64,000 nucleotides of DNA from Azolla caroliniana (Eukaryota > Plantae > Polypodiophyta). Under the pieces are notes generated by a model. It was not told where the DNA came from. It searched no databases and saw only the letters and a program-made list of their open reading frames with translations. The position numbers were made by a program, and so were the translations under genes. Below, piece by piece: positions 37,383 to 49,668 of the stretch (position 1 is its first letter; every line of letters starts with the position of its first letter). Location: the NCBI GenBank assembly GCA_043228905.1, contig JBHGNT010000006.1, positions 7,068,001 through 7,132,000 on the forward strand, given 5' to 3'.

Positions 37383-39161
37383 ATGTCGAGACAAGATCAT
37401 TTTGGAGTCATGAGATTGGATGGCCCAGACTCCTCCTCTTCCTTCTTTCGATCTGATGACCCAAATTCATCATCCTCTCCATATTTCCAAGAAGAAGAAG
37501 AAGAAGAAGAAGACGATGATTGTGATGAAGAGGATCTCCAGCACGTCTTGATTCCTGCTTGTGTACTTGGCCCGGAGATTCTCCAAATATTCCGATCCAC
37601 TAATCCTCATTGGCGCCCCAGAGATTCCACGAGGAATCTTCCCGAAAGCTCAAGGAAACACAAGAAGAGCTGTCTGACGTGCTTCCGGGCCATTCAGCAA
37701 GGTAACCCACTTCTTTTTGAAATGCCACATGCTTTGCAGAATTATTCAGTGGAGAGGCTATCATTCGGAAAACATCCGTCTTCACATATCACGGATAATG
37801 CATTCCAATCAACCGAGAACTCATTCATGATCAAGCCATCTCAACTTCGTTCTATGAAGGTGACTCCTATGGATGTCTCCTCCGAAACATCCATAATGAA
37901 AGCTCCTTTACTTAGAGCAATGACACAAGCCACTGAACATCGAGTTATATCTGATAACTCAGCATCACCTTGCATCGGGCAGCAACCCATCAAACTGAAT
38001 GCAAGGGAAGAGTATGCTATAACACGAACCACCAGTCCTACACAACAACATATCATGAAGAAAGTTCCGGAAAGGATCCATGAGTCTCCTCAGTTTAAGA
38101 ATACGGGGCTCGCCCTTATTCAAGCCCGAGCAAATGAATCTTCAATTCCTGACAACATGGTGACATCATCTGAGGAGGCCTCTGAGGATACAATGGCTCG
38201 TTCTCGAATAGATGTTCACACTACCATGAAGCCGGGGGCAGGGGGTTTGGTAAAACCTTCAAAGTCGTATGTCACTAATAGCTCTCTCAAGTTTGATGAT
38301 CAAATATTGATTGATAACCAAGCTATGTTTGATTACATCGTGGCCACTCGGAAGCTACCTGAAGGGATTAGCCTCGCAACCATTGATGAGCGAATGCAAA
38401 AGAAGTTGTTATGCCACTACAAGAGCTATTGCCCTCCGTGCCCTCATTGCAATAGTAATGCATTTGTGAAATTTCGATATTTCAACAACTCAAGCAAGTC
38501 GACGCTGTTGCAGCCGAGATACTCTTGCAAAAATCCTGAGACTTGCTTGACAGTACAAGAGAAGACTGGAAAACCGGGAAGTAGGGATTTCACTCTGCAA
38601 AGACCAAAAGATGCAGACAGTTATGAAGGGGGACAAGACATATCAGCTAGTTTTGTGGCTAAAGATGCACATGCAGATGATCTCCAAGAGAAGAAAGAGG
38701 GAGTGAGGCAACCACAAATGATTGCACGGATTGGGAGCAAAAGGCCACATCATGATTTGAGCTCTGGTGCTGTTACTTCAAATCAAATAGCAAAGCTACC
38801 CAGCACAACTCTTTCTTTACAATCTCTTACCGGATCAGGCGCAGGGGCTGGAATACATACTTCTGGAAGTCATAGCTCAAGGATAGCTGATTCATTTAAG
38901 GCAAGATGTTTGCTTGAAGCCCCGAAGGCAATAGAAGATTCAAATAGCTCGTCTTCTACCACTCAAACTGCTAGTGAAGATAAACTGGGTATAGATGTGA
39001 AATGCAGTTCAGAAAATGGCGGTGGGAGACTTATAGTGCAACCGATCAGTGTACAATCAATTACTCCAATGGAATCCAGTCTGGTTGACCGATCCAAAGG
39101 GAAGATTGCCGAGGTCAATATCCGTATGTTCATAGACCTCTCCAATACTTCTCCATGTTGA
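37383..39161 (+). CDS. Divergent Dof-like zinc-finger protein, ~592 aa, single coding exon
   Basis: Long ORF with first ATG at 37383 after a 5'UTR intron (ccaag|gtatta ~37131 ... tatggtag| 37360). Contains CPHCNSNAFVKFRYFNNSSKSTLLQPRYSCKNPETC, a variant of the Dof consensus CPRC..TKFCYYNN...QPRHFCK.C. Acidic N-terminal tract. Confidence 0.8.
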   Translation: MSRQDHFGVMRLDGPDSSSSFFRSDDPNSSSSPYFQEEEEEEEDDDCDEEDLQHVLIPACVLGPEILQIFRSTNPHWRPRDSTRNLPESSRKHKKSCLTCFRAIQQGNPLLFEMPHALQNYSVERLSFGKHPSSHITDNAFQSTENSFMIKPSQLRSMKVTPMDVSSETSIMKAPLLRAMTQATEHRVISDNSASPCIGQQPIKLNAREEYAITRTTSPTQQHIMKKVPERIHESPQFKNTGLALIQARANESSIPDNMVTSSEEASEDTMARSRIDVHTTMKPGAGGLVKPSKSYVTNSSLKFDDQILIDNQAMFDYIVATRKLPEGISLATIDERMQKKLLCHYKSYCPPCPHCNSNAFVKFRYFNNSSKSTLLQPRYSCKNPETCLTVQEKTGKPGSRDFTLQRPKDADSYEGGQDISASFVAKDAHADDLQEKKEGVRQPQMIARIGSKRPHHDLSSGAVTSNQIAKLPSTTLSLQSLTGSGAGAGIHTSGSHSSRIADSFKARCLLEAPKAIEDSNSSSSTTQTASEDKLGIDVKCSSENGGGRLIVQPISVQSITPMESSLVDRSKGKIAEVNIRMFIDLSNTSPC

Positions 39162-41972
39162 TATGAGTGTGTTTATATACCCTCCTGCATTCCATAGTCT
39201 TTTAAGTTGGCTGGTTATAAGGTTTTTGCTCTTGGTTATGTTCTGGTGTGTAACTTCTTATTAACATGTATAAGCATTTAACATATGCAAAAAGGTTTAA
39301 TCTTGATATACGATATTGTATAGCATTTTCTGTGTGGCTGTAAATGGTCGAGTTTTCACAGGGTCTGAGGAGGAACGATAGAAACTTGGGTTGTTCTCTC
39401 TATGCGGCTGAATGTAATACTGAGCATTTGTTCACTGGGCAAAGGTGATGACTGAATATGGCAAATATTGAAGGATAGTTTGTATGCATTTTTCCCACTT
39501 GCCTATGGTTTTTCTGAACCGTGTTTGTTTTCCACATGTAGCTTACATGTATGAAAGCGAATGTGTATTCAAGGGGTCATGTAAGTTCAAAACAACCTCG
39601 ATCCTCATTTATTGCTGTAAGCTAATGAATGTAGAGTTGAGATGTGAAATAGAGATGTATGCATTACCTTGGTGGCACAAGCTCTGAGTTCACACAAGGA
39701 AGGATCCTTTATGAACTTTGGCAATGAGGTGATCTATTGAAGCGGCTAGGGTAAATCCTCACAAAGTAACCAAAATATGGTTTTCTGGAAATCAATATAT
39801 AAAACTGTGAAGGTTGTTGACCCGTTTATGTACATAATATGAAGTGGCATTTTAACTCTTTGTTCTAAAATGCTGTTCATCATTTGTATGAGGACATACC
39901 TTAAAGTCATATAAGCATGCTCAACCATGTATGGGATTAATTTCAGTCTGTAAATGCTTTAATTGGTCTTGCTAATGTGTGGCTACCTTAAGGATGGTGA
40001 TAATAAAGATGGTGTCTTTACCCAAACATGGTCATATCGAAACATTTAAGACAAACGAATTGTGGAGATATTTATATAACTTACTCCAAAATACTTGTAC
40101 TAGAGCTTGGTTATGTTGCAATGCAACATATTGTATAATATACATGGTGATACATTGTGTTGACTTCCCCCCAGATGTGTGCATAATCCTCCTCAAAAGA
40201 TTAGGAAGTATGAAAAGATAGCATTAGGAGAGCCCCAAAAATTGCTCTTTTATTTTATCTTTCTTAAAGGTTGATATCATGCACTTCACACTTGAGTTAC
40301 CACATTTACAAGGTGTTGATAACGATAGGTTTGCTGAATGGAAAATTGCTCACATATAGCCCTAGCAATATTTACGGGTTGGAAAGTTTGGACAATATGC
40401 ACTAAAACATATGTTGGTAGCATTATAAGGGCAACAAACGAGGGGGACCCAATGTCATAAGAGAGAGAGGAAGCATGAAGGAAAGCCTAAATTTGTGCAT
40501 TGCTTGAGAAAGGTTGATATCATTGGTATATCGGAACAACGACATGTTCTATTGTAAAGTTCCCCTTCATAAGTTCTTGGTTAAGAGGAAATGCTGGTGA
40601 CTTGATCTTACCCTTTTGGATATTCAACATGTAAGGATTCAAAATGAAAATGCACCACAATGTGGTTCATAAACCATAACAGAGATTGAATGATACATAG
40701 CCGCTTGATATGCTGGCCCCAAACCAATGGCAAAGCATGAACTATATATAAAATTGTTGGTGTATCGTTCATTTTGAAATACATTGATTACTCTCCTTTT
40801 TCATGACATTTTCTCAAACCTCACTATTATTTATGATATTGCCCATAGTTTTATTTATTTGAGAGCTCCAAATGAGTTTTATTATAATCTTCTTATCTAT
40901 CTCTTGAATGGGGATCCCATTTTATGCAAGAGAATTCCAGAAACCATATGAATATCTGGAGATTAAAGGAATGATGATAATAAGAATATGTCCATAATTT
41001 TTATCACTACATGATACACGTTTAGAAGAAGAAGAAGAAGAAGAGATTGTGAGTTTGAATCCAGGGAGCGAACAAAAATAGACAAATGAAGATTTAGAAG
41101 GAACTCGATGGTGAGAGATTGGATTGATTATTTATTGAGTCATTTTTAGGGTTAAATAATGAAAGTTGTATTACTCTCAGACTGCTCGTAATAGTTGAGT
41201 TTTGTGATTAGGAACTTGTTCACATCTGAAGAGGTTTAAGAGATCAAATTGATTACTTAATTAGTAGTTTTATGGGTTTGTTAAGATTTACACTACTCCC
41301 TACTGTTCCAACAGTTTTCCTCTTCTGTTAATTGCTAGATAGGGCTACAGATCGAGAGACATTACCGATCAAGTGTCTACCACATACTGCCTTATCAACC
41401 CCAAATTATTAGTGATAGATTTTATCTGTTGAAAGAAGATGGCGAACTTTGGATAATATTCTGAATAAAAAATCAACAAGAAAATATGTCCCAGGAGAAC
41501 TCCCCTGTTCCAACAATTTTCCCCCATCGATATGTTGACATTTTGGAACTTTAACAATAAAATGTATGTAATTGCATCAACCCTAACGCAGACCCTCCAA
41601 AAAGGGGAAATTGGAACAGGAGAGCCATCTCGCATGCCCTCTAATGACAATATCTTTGAAGAGTCTTTTAATGAACAAAAGAAGGTAGCACGTAAGACAG
41701 AATTACTGAGATTTGCAATCATGGTTGATCGAAGAAACACAAGGCATAGCAATGCACATCACAATTGAGCACATATGACAAGAGTGGCTTACTTGAAATG
41801 GTCAACGAGGTTTACTTAAATCTTGCAGAAATGGTATCGTCCCTCCAGTACAAAAGAAGAGAAGAACACATAGCAGTCCATATTACAAGGATGATTGGTT
41901 CTTGTCGGCATGTAGCATGCTTATATTCTTAAAAGTGGTTTACTGGAAATGGTAGATTAGGGTCGAATCTTG

Positions 41973-44933
41973 ATGAAATGGTGTAATCCCTCCAGGATTC
42001 ATGAAGAGCATTTCAGGAGGGGTGGGAAAATTGTGATATTTAGGCATGGTGACTTCAAGGATTGCCATACCATTGGATATCTCAAGGAAGATTTCACCTT
42101 TATCACATCACTCAAGGCTTGTGCCAAGAAGAAGGATCTTCATGGAGGATCTAGACTACATGCTCATATTGTTAAGAAAGGCTTACTTGCAAAAAACCCT
42201 TATCTAGCGAGCACTTTGATCAGTATGTACTCAAGATGTGGGATGGTTGCGAAGGCACAACAAGTGTTTGAAGAGGTTTCTTGTCGAGATACAATATTGT
42301 GGAATGCCCTTATAGCTGGCTATTCTCAGGAAGGTCAAAGTTATGCAGCATTCAGTTGTTTTGAACAGATGCAAATCGAGGGCCTCTTTCCAGATGTGGT
42401 CACTTTCACTTGCATCCTTAAGGCTTGTGGTAATACGGGAGCTATAGAAATGGGCAAACAAATTCATGGGGAGATTGTGAATAAGGGACAGTTAGAGAAT
42501 GATATTGTACTTGGCACTGTGTTGGTGGATATGTATGTGAAGTGTGATCTGATGGCTGAAGCAAGACAAGTGCTCGAAGAGCAGTCTGTCCGGGATGTAG
42601 TCGCTTGGTCTATACTAATTTCAGGATATGCTCAACAAGGGCAGGGTAATGAAGCACTCTATTGTTTTGAACAGATGCAAAAAGAGGGCCTTTCTCCAGA
42701 TGTGGTCACTTTCACTTGCATCTTGAAGGCCTGTGCGAGTATTGGAGCTTTAGAAAAAGGAGAACATATTCACAATGAGGTTTTAAGTAGGCATCTTTTG
42801 GAGAAGGATATTGTGCTTGGCACTGCTGTGGTGGATATGTATGCCAAATGTGGCATGATTGAAAAGGCACGGCAATCACTTCTGAATCTTCCTGTTCGAG
42901 ATGTTGTTTCATGGTCTGCTTTAATTGCAGGGTACACCCAACAGAGACAATGTGAGGAAGCATTAAACTGTTTCGATCAGATGCAAAATGAGGGAATATC
43001 TCCAGATGCCATCACCTTCGTTTCCATCTTGAAAGCTTGTGGCAGCACAAAAGCTATACACAAGGGCAAACAAATTCATGACGAGATTGTGAGAAGAGGA
43101 ATGCTCGGAGAGAATACTGTCCTTGGCAACGCATTGGTGGATATGTATGCCAAATGTGGTATGCTTGTAAAGGCAGAGCTTGTGCTTATGGAGCTTCCTT
43201 TACATGATGTTGTTTCCTGGAATGTGCTTATTTCAGGGTATGCACAATGTGGTCAATGCTACAAGGCATTGGATATCTTTGAACGTATGCAGAGTGAGAG
43301 CCTCTTGCCAGATGCAATCACCTTTGTTTGTATCTTGAGGGCATGTGGCAGTAGGGGTGCGATAGAGAGAGGCAAACGAATCCATGGTTGTTGGGGCTTC
43401 CATGAGGAAGATATAGTATTTGGAAATGCATTGGTGGATATGTATGCCAAGTGTGGTGTGCTTGAAAAGGCAGAAGAAGTATTCCAGGAACTTCTTGTGC
43501 GGGATGTTGTCTCCTGGAATGCACTCATCGCTGGACATATTGAATATGGGAAAGGTATTGATGCACTGAACTGTTTTGAAAGGATGCAACATGAGAGTAT
43601 TTGTCCTGATGTTGTCACCTTCATTTGCATTTTGAAGGCCTGTGGTAACATGGGAGCTACAGCAAAAGGCAAGGAAATTCATAATAGGATTATTAATATA
43701 GGTTCTCTAGACACAAACATTTTACTTGGTAATGCCTTGATAAATATGTATGCAGAATTGGGTATGCTTGAGAAATCAAAACAAGTTCTTAAAGAGCTTC
43801 CTGGTCGAGATGTAGTCTCATGGTCTGCGTTGATTGCAGAATATGCCCAGCAGGGGCAAGGTGAAGAAGCATTGAACTGTTTTGAAGAGATGCAAAGTGA
43901 GGGTCTTTGTCCAGATATAATAACACTCACTTCCATATTGAAGGCCTGTGGCAGCATAAAAGCCATAGAAAAGGGAAAACAAATTCACAAAGACATTTTA
44001 AATAAGGGCTTTTTGGACAAGGATATTGTACTGGGCAATGCTTTGGTAGATTTCTATGCCAAGTGTGGTATGCTTGCAAAAGCACAAGATTTACTCTATG
44101 AAATTCCTTCCCGAGACGTAGCCTCATGGAATTCAATAATTGCAGGACATGCTCAACAGGGGCAAGGCCATGAAGCACTGAACTGTTTTGAAAAGATGCA
44201 AAGTGAGGGGCACTCTCCAGATGAGATCACCATAATTTGCGTCTTGAAGGCATGTGGGAGTATGGGAGCCATAGCCAAGGGCAAAGAAATTCATGATGAG
44301 CTTAAGAGTAGGGGCTTATTAGAGAAGCATCCAATGCTTGGTAATGCTTTGGTAGACATGTATGCTAAATGTGGGGTTATTATTAAAGCACGGGAAGTAC
44401 TCAGAGAGCTTTGTGTACGTGACTTGACCTGTTGGAATGCACTAATTGCAGGGTGTGCCCAACAAGGACAAGGTTATGAAGCACTAAATTGTTTAGAACA
44501 GATGCAAAGTGATGGGCTTTCTCCAGATGGGGTCACATTAATAAGTGCCCTTAGTGCATGCAGCCGCTGTGGACTCTTGGAAGAATCTCAAATTCTTTTT
44601 GGAGACATGAGCAGAAAGTATAGTCTAACTCCTAAATTAGAACATCATACTTGCATGATAGTGGCTTTTGGACGTGCTGGGAAGTTTGAGAAGGCAATGT
44701 CAGTGATTAAAGCAATGCCCTTGTCTGACTGTTCTACAGTTTGGCTTGCACTATTGAGTGCTTGTAGAAAATGGGGAAACGTGAAGCTTGGGATACTTGC
44801 TTTTGACCAAATAATACAAGTAGACAGTGGTTGTGCTTCAGCTTACGTCCTAATTGCTGATATATTTACATCTGTTGGAATGCAAAATGATGCTGAAAAT
44901 GTTGAAACCATGAGGTGGAAATATGCCTTGTGA
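41973..44933 (+). CDS. PLS-class pentatricopeptide repeat protein, E subgroup (no DYW), probable organellar RNA-editing factor
   Basis: Intronless ORF with ~8 PLS triplets of ~102 aa (DVVSWNALIAGY / PDVVTFTCILKACG / GNALVDMYAKCG), then PKLEHHTCMI, VWLALLSACRKWGN (E1) and AYVLIADIF (E2). Confidence 0.95.
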   Translation: MKWCNPSRIHEEHFRRGGKIVIFRHGDFKDCHTIGYLKEDFTFITSLKACAKKKDLHGGSRLHAHIVKKGLLAKNPYLASTLISMYSRCGMVAKAQQVFEEVSCRDTILWNALIAGYSQEGQSYAAFSCFEQMQIEGLFPDVVTFTCILKACGNTGAIEMGKQIHGEIVNKGQLENDIVLGTVLVDMYVKCDLMAEARQVLEEQSVRDVVAWSILISGYAQQGQGNEALYCFEQMQKEGLSPDVVTFTCILKACASIGALEKGEHIHNEVLSRHLLEKDIVLGTAVVDMYAKCGMIEKARQSLLNLPVRDVVSWSALIAGYTQQRQCEEALNCFDQMQNEGISPDAITFVSILKACGSTKAIHKGKQIHDEIVRRGMLGENTVLGNALVDMYAKCGMLVKAELVLMELPLHDVVSWNVLISGYAQCGQCYKALDIFERMQSESLLPDAITFVCILRACGSRGAIERGKRIHGCWGFHEEDIVFGNALVDMYAKCGVLEKAEEVFQELLVRDVVSWNALIAGHIEYGKGIDALNCFERMQHESICPDVVTFICILKACGNMGATAKGKEIHNRIINIGSLDTNILLGNALINMYAELGMLEKSKQVLKELPGRDVVSWSALIAEYAQQGQGEEALNCFEEMQSEGLCPDIITLTSILKACGSIKAIEKGKQIHKDILNKGFLDKDIVLGNALVDFYAKCGMLAKAQDLLYEIPSRDVASWNSIIAGHAQQGQGHEALNCFEKMQSEGHSPDEITIICVLKACGSMGAIAKGKEIHDELKSRGLLEKHPMLGNALVDMYAKCGVIIKAREVLRELCVRDLTCWNALIAGCAQQGQGYEALNCLEQMQSDGLSPDGVTLISALSACSRCGLLEESQILFGDMSRKYSLTPKLEHHTCMIVAFGRAGKFEKAMSVIKAMPLSDCSTVWLALLSACRKWGNVKLGILAFDQIIQVDSGCASAYVLIADIFTSVGMQNDAENVETMRWKYAL

Positions 44934-46297
44934 AAGGTGTGGAAATAGTACATGATTTTTTATGCAAATGGAAGTAGTTTATCTCAAATTGGTAAAATGC
45001 TTTGCATGTGGTTTGGCCAATTTTTTGTTATGAAAAAGAAGTGAAGGGGAAGTGAAAGGTTGCAAAAGTTGAGTAACTTGTTTGAAATGAGTCGTTCATT
45101 AATGTGAAGGAAAACTCCTCGGACAAATTTGATTTATTGATCAAGGGGATCAGATTGGCATGCCCAAGGGTTCCTATACCCCTATCCAGATCCATACTAG
45201 ACTCATTACAAAAGCAGCTGGAATGGGGCCATAATCTGATGAACTGGCAGAAATAAAAGATCTGGATTTGAACTGTGCATAAGAAACTCAAGGACCTAAC
45301 TGTGTGTCAACCTTAGGCAAGTCAGGGTACGTACAGGCAAAAATATTTTCTTGCTTGATCAGGAAACAACTTGGTTAACTGCATAGCTTGATCAGATAAA
45401 AATATTGTAAGCAACTCACCAGCTGAAGGAGGGTCTTCAAGCATTTTGGAAGGACAAAATGAAGCACAAACGGACTTTCACCACGTGTCAAGAAGCATGG
45501 GACTTGCAAGAGCAGAATATAAGTTCTATGAAATAGAGTCGAGAAAAGTTAAATGGTAAATGGTTTTTGGGATGTTAACTTGTGCAGCGATTGATATGCT
45601 TCTTTATGAAATTTCTTAAGGATGGCAGAGGTATGTAAATTTTACAGCTGAAATTATGATTGACAGACATGATTCATCATCGAAGTATTCCGTAGCCCCG
45701 GGGAATTTACTCATTTCATGGTATACACGTTTTTCACACAAATTTGAAATTGGTGATTACATGCAATTATACTATTTAGCATTGATGTTCATGATTAAAT
45801 TCTGGAACATTTCATCCAACAGTCCGGGATATTGTAGGGTGCCTGTGTGTGTAGGCATCACCACACATCTCATGGAATTATGTGAAAACATAAAAGTCAA
45901 TAATTCTAATTTTTTACATTGTACTTTCAGTCAAACGTAACTTTGGTATTAAAATGAACCACTCCAACTTTCATTCAGGATAATAGAAGTATGATGCACC
46001 AAGGAGTCAGAGACCTTGGTTGGCATGGAGGCCTTTAAGTGTAACTAATCTTCATGTTCCTTTTTGTAGGCACTACTACAGAGGATGATCTCTGCGATTT
46101 GCAATGCATAAAATGGATCTGGCTTGTCAGGATAACAATGGTGAAATACGTCTACACGAGCTATGCCGTATCCAATCATTTGGCGTATAGCCTAACCGTC
46201 CAAGTAATATAATTTGTTTTGCACAACATTGGAGTCCAAAATGGCTTCAACCTTGTGCTTTGGTTTGCTTGAATCCCTTGAAGTTGAATTAAACATT

Positions 46298-46324
46298 CAC
46301 AAATTGAGAAATGGTCCAAATTTT
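46298..46324 (+). pseudogene. U6: U6 snRNA 3'-terminal fragment
   Basis: cacaaattgagaaatggtccaaatttt matches the plant U6 3' end CACAAATCGAGAAATGGTCCAAATTTT at 26 of 27 positions (one CpG-type C>T). Confidence 0.7.
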
Positions 46325-47745
46325 ATTGCAGAGTACTAATCCTCCTTAGGAAGGAGTCGCATACAAGATGATATGTTGATTTGGTTCCATATGTCAAAAT
46401 TGGCCTCCTCATGGATGATAAAGATCTATTCTAAACAAACTAACCTCAACAGTTGGATTTGTAGAAACTTCAAGGTGATATAGCATGTCCAACAAGGGTA
46501 ACGACCTGTATTTGCAAGGAATGGAGTATAAAAGGGGTCATTGAGCTCTTTGACATGCTGATCAAATGTAGTACACATTGTCACTACTAGTGAGGTTGAC
46601 AAGTGAACAAAATGTAGAGGTAGCAATCAAAATTGCAGTTTTGGTTACCTTCAATTCCTGTCCTAAGAAATAAGGTCTATGAATATTCTCAACCCAACAG
46701 ATTATTTGCTCCTATGAACCGAATTCACAAACTCCCTTCACAAAACAAATTTATTTCTGGACTCATTACGTATTTATTCAAATCTCGCAGAAATCATTAA
46801 GCAGTTAACCCCGTAGCGTTTTCCTTAGATATGAAACTTGAAATTTTGGTAATCTCAAAATCCAGCAAGATTGTTGAAAATGGATAGAATCAGAATTGAA
46901 TGTTGACAAATCAGATAGGATATCTTTTTGCACCAATAGTTTATATTCCTTGTACCACCTCAGAAGACGGATAGCATGCTAATAATATCCAAGACAAGAA
47001 CATTTTAAAGACATCCAATTACCATAAATAGAAAATTAAGAACAATCACATTACCTTTATCTATGTTATCGAAAGAGCAATAAGTTACCAGCAGGGAAGT
47101 AGAGAATATTATGCTAATAAGAAGATATTCTTTATTAAGGTTAGAAATACACACACAAGAGTTATAGTCTGGCATTCTTCATCAAGGTTAGAAATGCACA
47201 TACAAGAGTTACCTGGTGTTATATATTTCTAGATGCCAGAATATAACTCAAGCTAAGTGATCAACATATTCCAGATGCATAGCATGTTTCGAATTGCTAC
47301 GCATAATACTATGTATGTCTCAAGGTAAGCCATTCACATATAAGAAGTAGAGCCCTTCCATATACATGATATTGTAGAATCCTTAAGAGCATATATCACA
47401 GAACTACAATGCTCCCATGTGACTGGCAGCATTTTCAGAGGCAAAATAGATGGAAACAGCACACAGGAAGAGAAAGTTGATACCCAAAGCCTCTTTGGTC
47501 AGAGTAATTCTCAACAACAGCAAATGACAACAAATTCAGAAATTTATATTACATTCCATGAAAGATCTAACCTTAAAAGGCTCCCTCCTCTCTGATATGT
47601 GGCACAATTCAATTCGAGACAAAGGATTGTTCTTTGCGCAAATAATCTCCCACTTCTCTGATACCAACCTCCTCATAGCTATGGTATCATATTGTGAGAT
47701 AAACTCATCAAAGCTCTTATACTATTTTCTAGGAGAGAATTTTTA

Positions 47746-48336
47746 CTAACTACCATGACCTTGAGGACCAGGGCCACCTCCTCCACGGCTACCACCAGAA
47801 GGGGCCATTTGATAAGGAGAGGATTGCACATACTGTTGCTGAGGATACATATAGCCTGCAGGTGGCGGGGCTTGAACCATATGCATTCCATTTGAGGAAC
47901 CACCCCCTTCTTTCCCAGAAGCCATTTGCTCGCCTTTCCCACCACCTGTTGATCTCTCTCCTTCAAACTCTCGATATTTGTGAAGATACGACTTAAGGGG
48001 CTCAATATAGTCCTCAAACCCAAGAGTGCTCATTGCCCATAAGAGATCATCTCCATTCACCGTTTTCCTCTTTTCTCGCTGGCATTTATCTGAGGCCTCA
48101 CCGGTGATGAAGCTTATGAACTCAGAAACACATTCCTGGAGGGTTTCTTTGGCATCTTTGGATATTTTGGCATTGGCAGGTAAAGCTCTCTTCATGATTC
48201 GGCTAACATTAGCGATGGGTAGGAGTCGGTCTTGTTCTTTGATGCTATCATGGCCCCCACCATGATGTCCACCAGAGTCATCATCAGATTGATGGCTATC
48301 AGGGCTACCATGGCGGTAGTTGTTATTGCCTGCCAT
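47746..48336 (-). CDS. NF-YB: Nuclear factor Y subunit B (non-LEC1, NF-YB2/3-like), single coding exon
   Basis: Histone fold [86 protein letters not shown]. Confidence 0.96.
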   Translation of the reverse strand: MAGNNNYRHGSPDSHQSDDDSGGHHGGGHDSIKEQDRLLPIANVSRIMKRALPANAKISKDAKETLQECVSEFISFITGEASDKCQREKRKTVNGDDLLWAMSTLGFEDYIEPLKSYLHKYREFEGERSTGGGKGEQMASGKEGGGSSNGMHMVQAPPPAGYMYPQQQYVQSSPYQMAPSGGSRGGGGPGPQGHGS

Positions 48337-48779
48337 CTATCCACAAGGCCACCCACACACATACACGCACAATGCTGCTTTTTAATTTCAAAGGAAGGAG
48401 AAAGAAATGATTGCAAAACAAGGCATAACACCACACAATAGCACCTTTACAAAAAGAAAGAATAAACTAGTAAATAGCTAAAAACAATGCCTTCAAATAC
48501 CATTGCCAAAATATATGACGCTGTAAAATACACATGTACAAAACCTAAAGCTCTACCATACCCTACCCATGCAGGTGAAAATATGACTCTAAAACACCAT
48601 TGTTGCACAAGTGAAACCCTAACTAAACTACCCTACCACTAACCTTAAAACACTATTATCACATATGCAAAGCCACAGGAATCTCTACAACATGGGCAAA
48701 ACCTCAAAAAGATGAAAAAACCCTGTCACAGAAAAACACAAGCAATTCGAGGATCATAGTAAAAACATAGAAAATACCT

Positions 48780-49485
48780 TGGTAAATATAAAACAGAGTA
48801 AAACCTAAACAGTGTAAACTATAGAAACAATAGCACTGTAAATGAAGAACAGAGAATTATTAGCAAAGCAGAGTGATTACTAGAAAAAATGGGCAAGCCT
48901 TAAAACTAAGAAAACAGAGTAAACCTAATAAACGAGAAAGAACATGATAAATACAGAAAAATCAACAATTAAGTAAAGGCTGGAAACTAATAAACAGAGA
49001 GTAAGTCATAACAGCTAGATAAACCAGAGTAAACTCTAGAAACGACTAAAAAACAGAGGATAACACCATAAACTAGGAAAACAGAGTAAATAGAAGGAAT
49101 ACGAAAAAGGATTGAAATCCTCGTAGGTAGAAATAAACCGAACAAACCCTAGAAAATAGAAAAAGTAGAAATTAGAAAAAAGTAGTGTAAACCCTAAAAC
49201 CTAGAAAATCAGAGTGAACACGAAAAGCTAGAGAACGAGAAAACATTAGTATCTAGAGAGCAACACAGTAAACCAAAGGGAAAACAGAGCTTATAGAAAC
49301 AGAATAACCAGTTCAAACTAGAAAAACAGAGTAAACACTAGAAATTAGAGAAACGTCAGGTTAAACCCTAGAAACTCGGGAAACAGAGAAAACTCTAGAA
49401 AGTAGAAGAAGAGTGTAAACCCTACAAACAAAGAAAGGCAGAGAGTAACGCAACCCTAGAAAAACAGAGGAAAAACCCTAGAAAG
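48780..49485. repeat. Degenerate ~30-bp array (ctagaaaaacagagtaaac / aaaccctag) in the probable NF-YB 5'UTR intron
   Basis: About 15 aaacagag-type cores and several AAACCCTA telo-boxes. Upstream donor ccag|gtttgc at ~49528. Confidence 0.6.
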
Positions 49486-49629
49486 GAGAGTAGAAGACAA
49501 AGACAAGATGTGGATTAGAAGGCAAACCTGGATTCGCTTATGGGGGGAGGGAGGGGGGTGATTTTCAGATCTAAATCGGACGGTTCTCTGAAGAGCTCTG
49601 CAATATGTATCACAGTGACGATGAAGGAG

Positions 49630-49668
<39 letters not shown>

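Noticed and set aside
41532-41768. Upstream ORF as the PPR N-terminus or a separate gene
   Set aside because: Not joined to the PPR frame by any clear intron, and it has no recognisable motif.
42231-44178. Antisense ORFs within the PPR gene
   Set aside because: Shadow ORFs of a repetitive coding sequence with no independent motifs.
47746-48336. LEC1-type NF-YB
   Set aside because: It has [18 protein letters not shown] and NGDDLL residues typical of non-LEC1 NF-YB.
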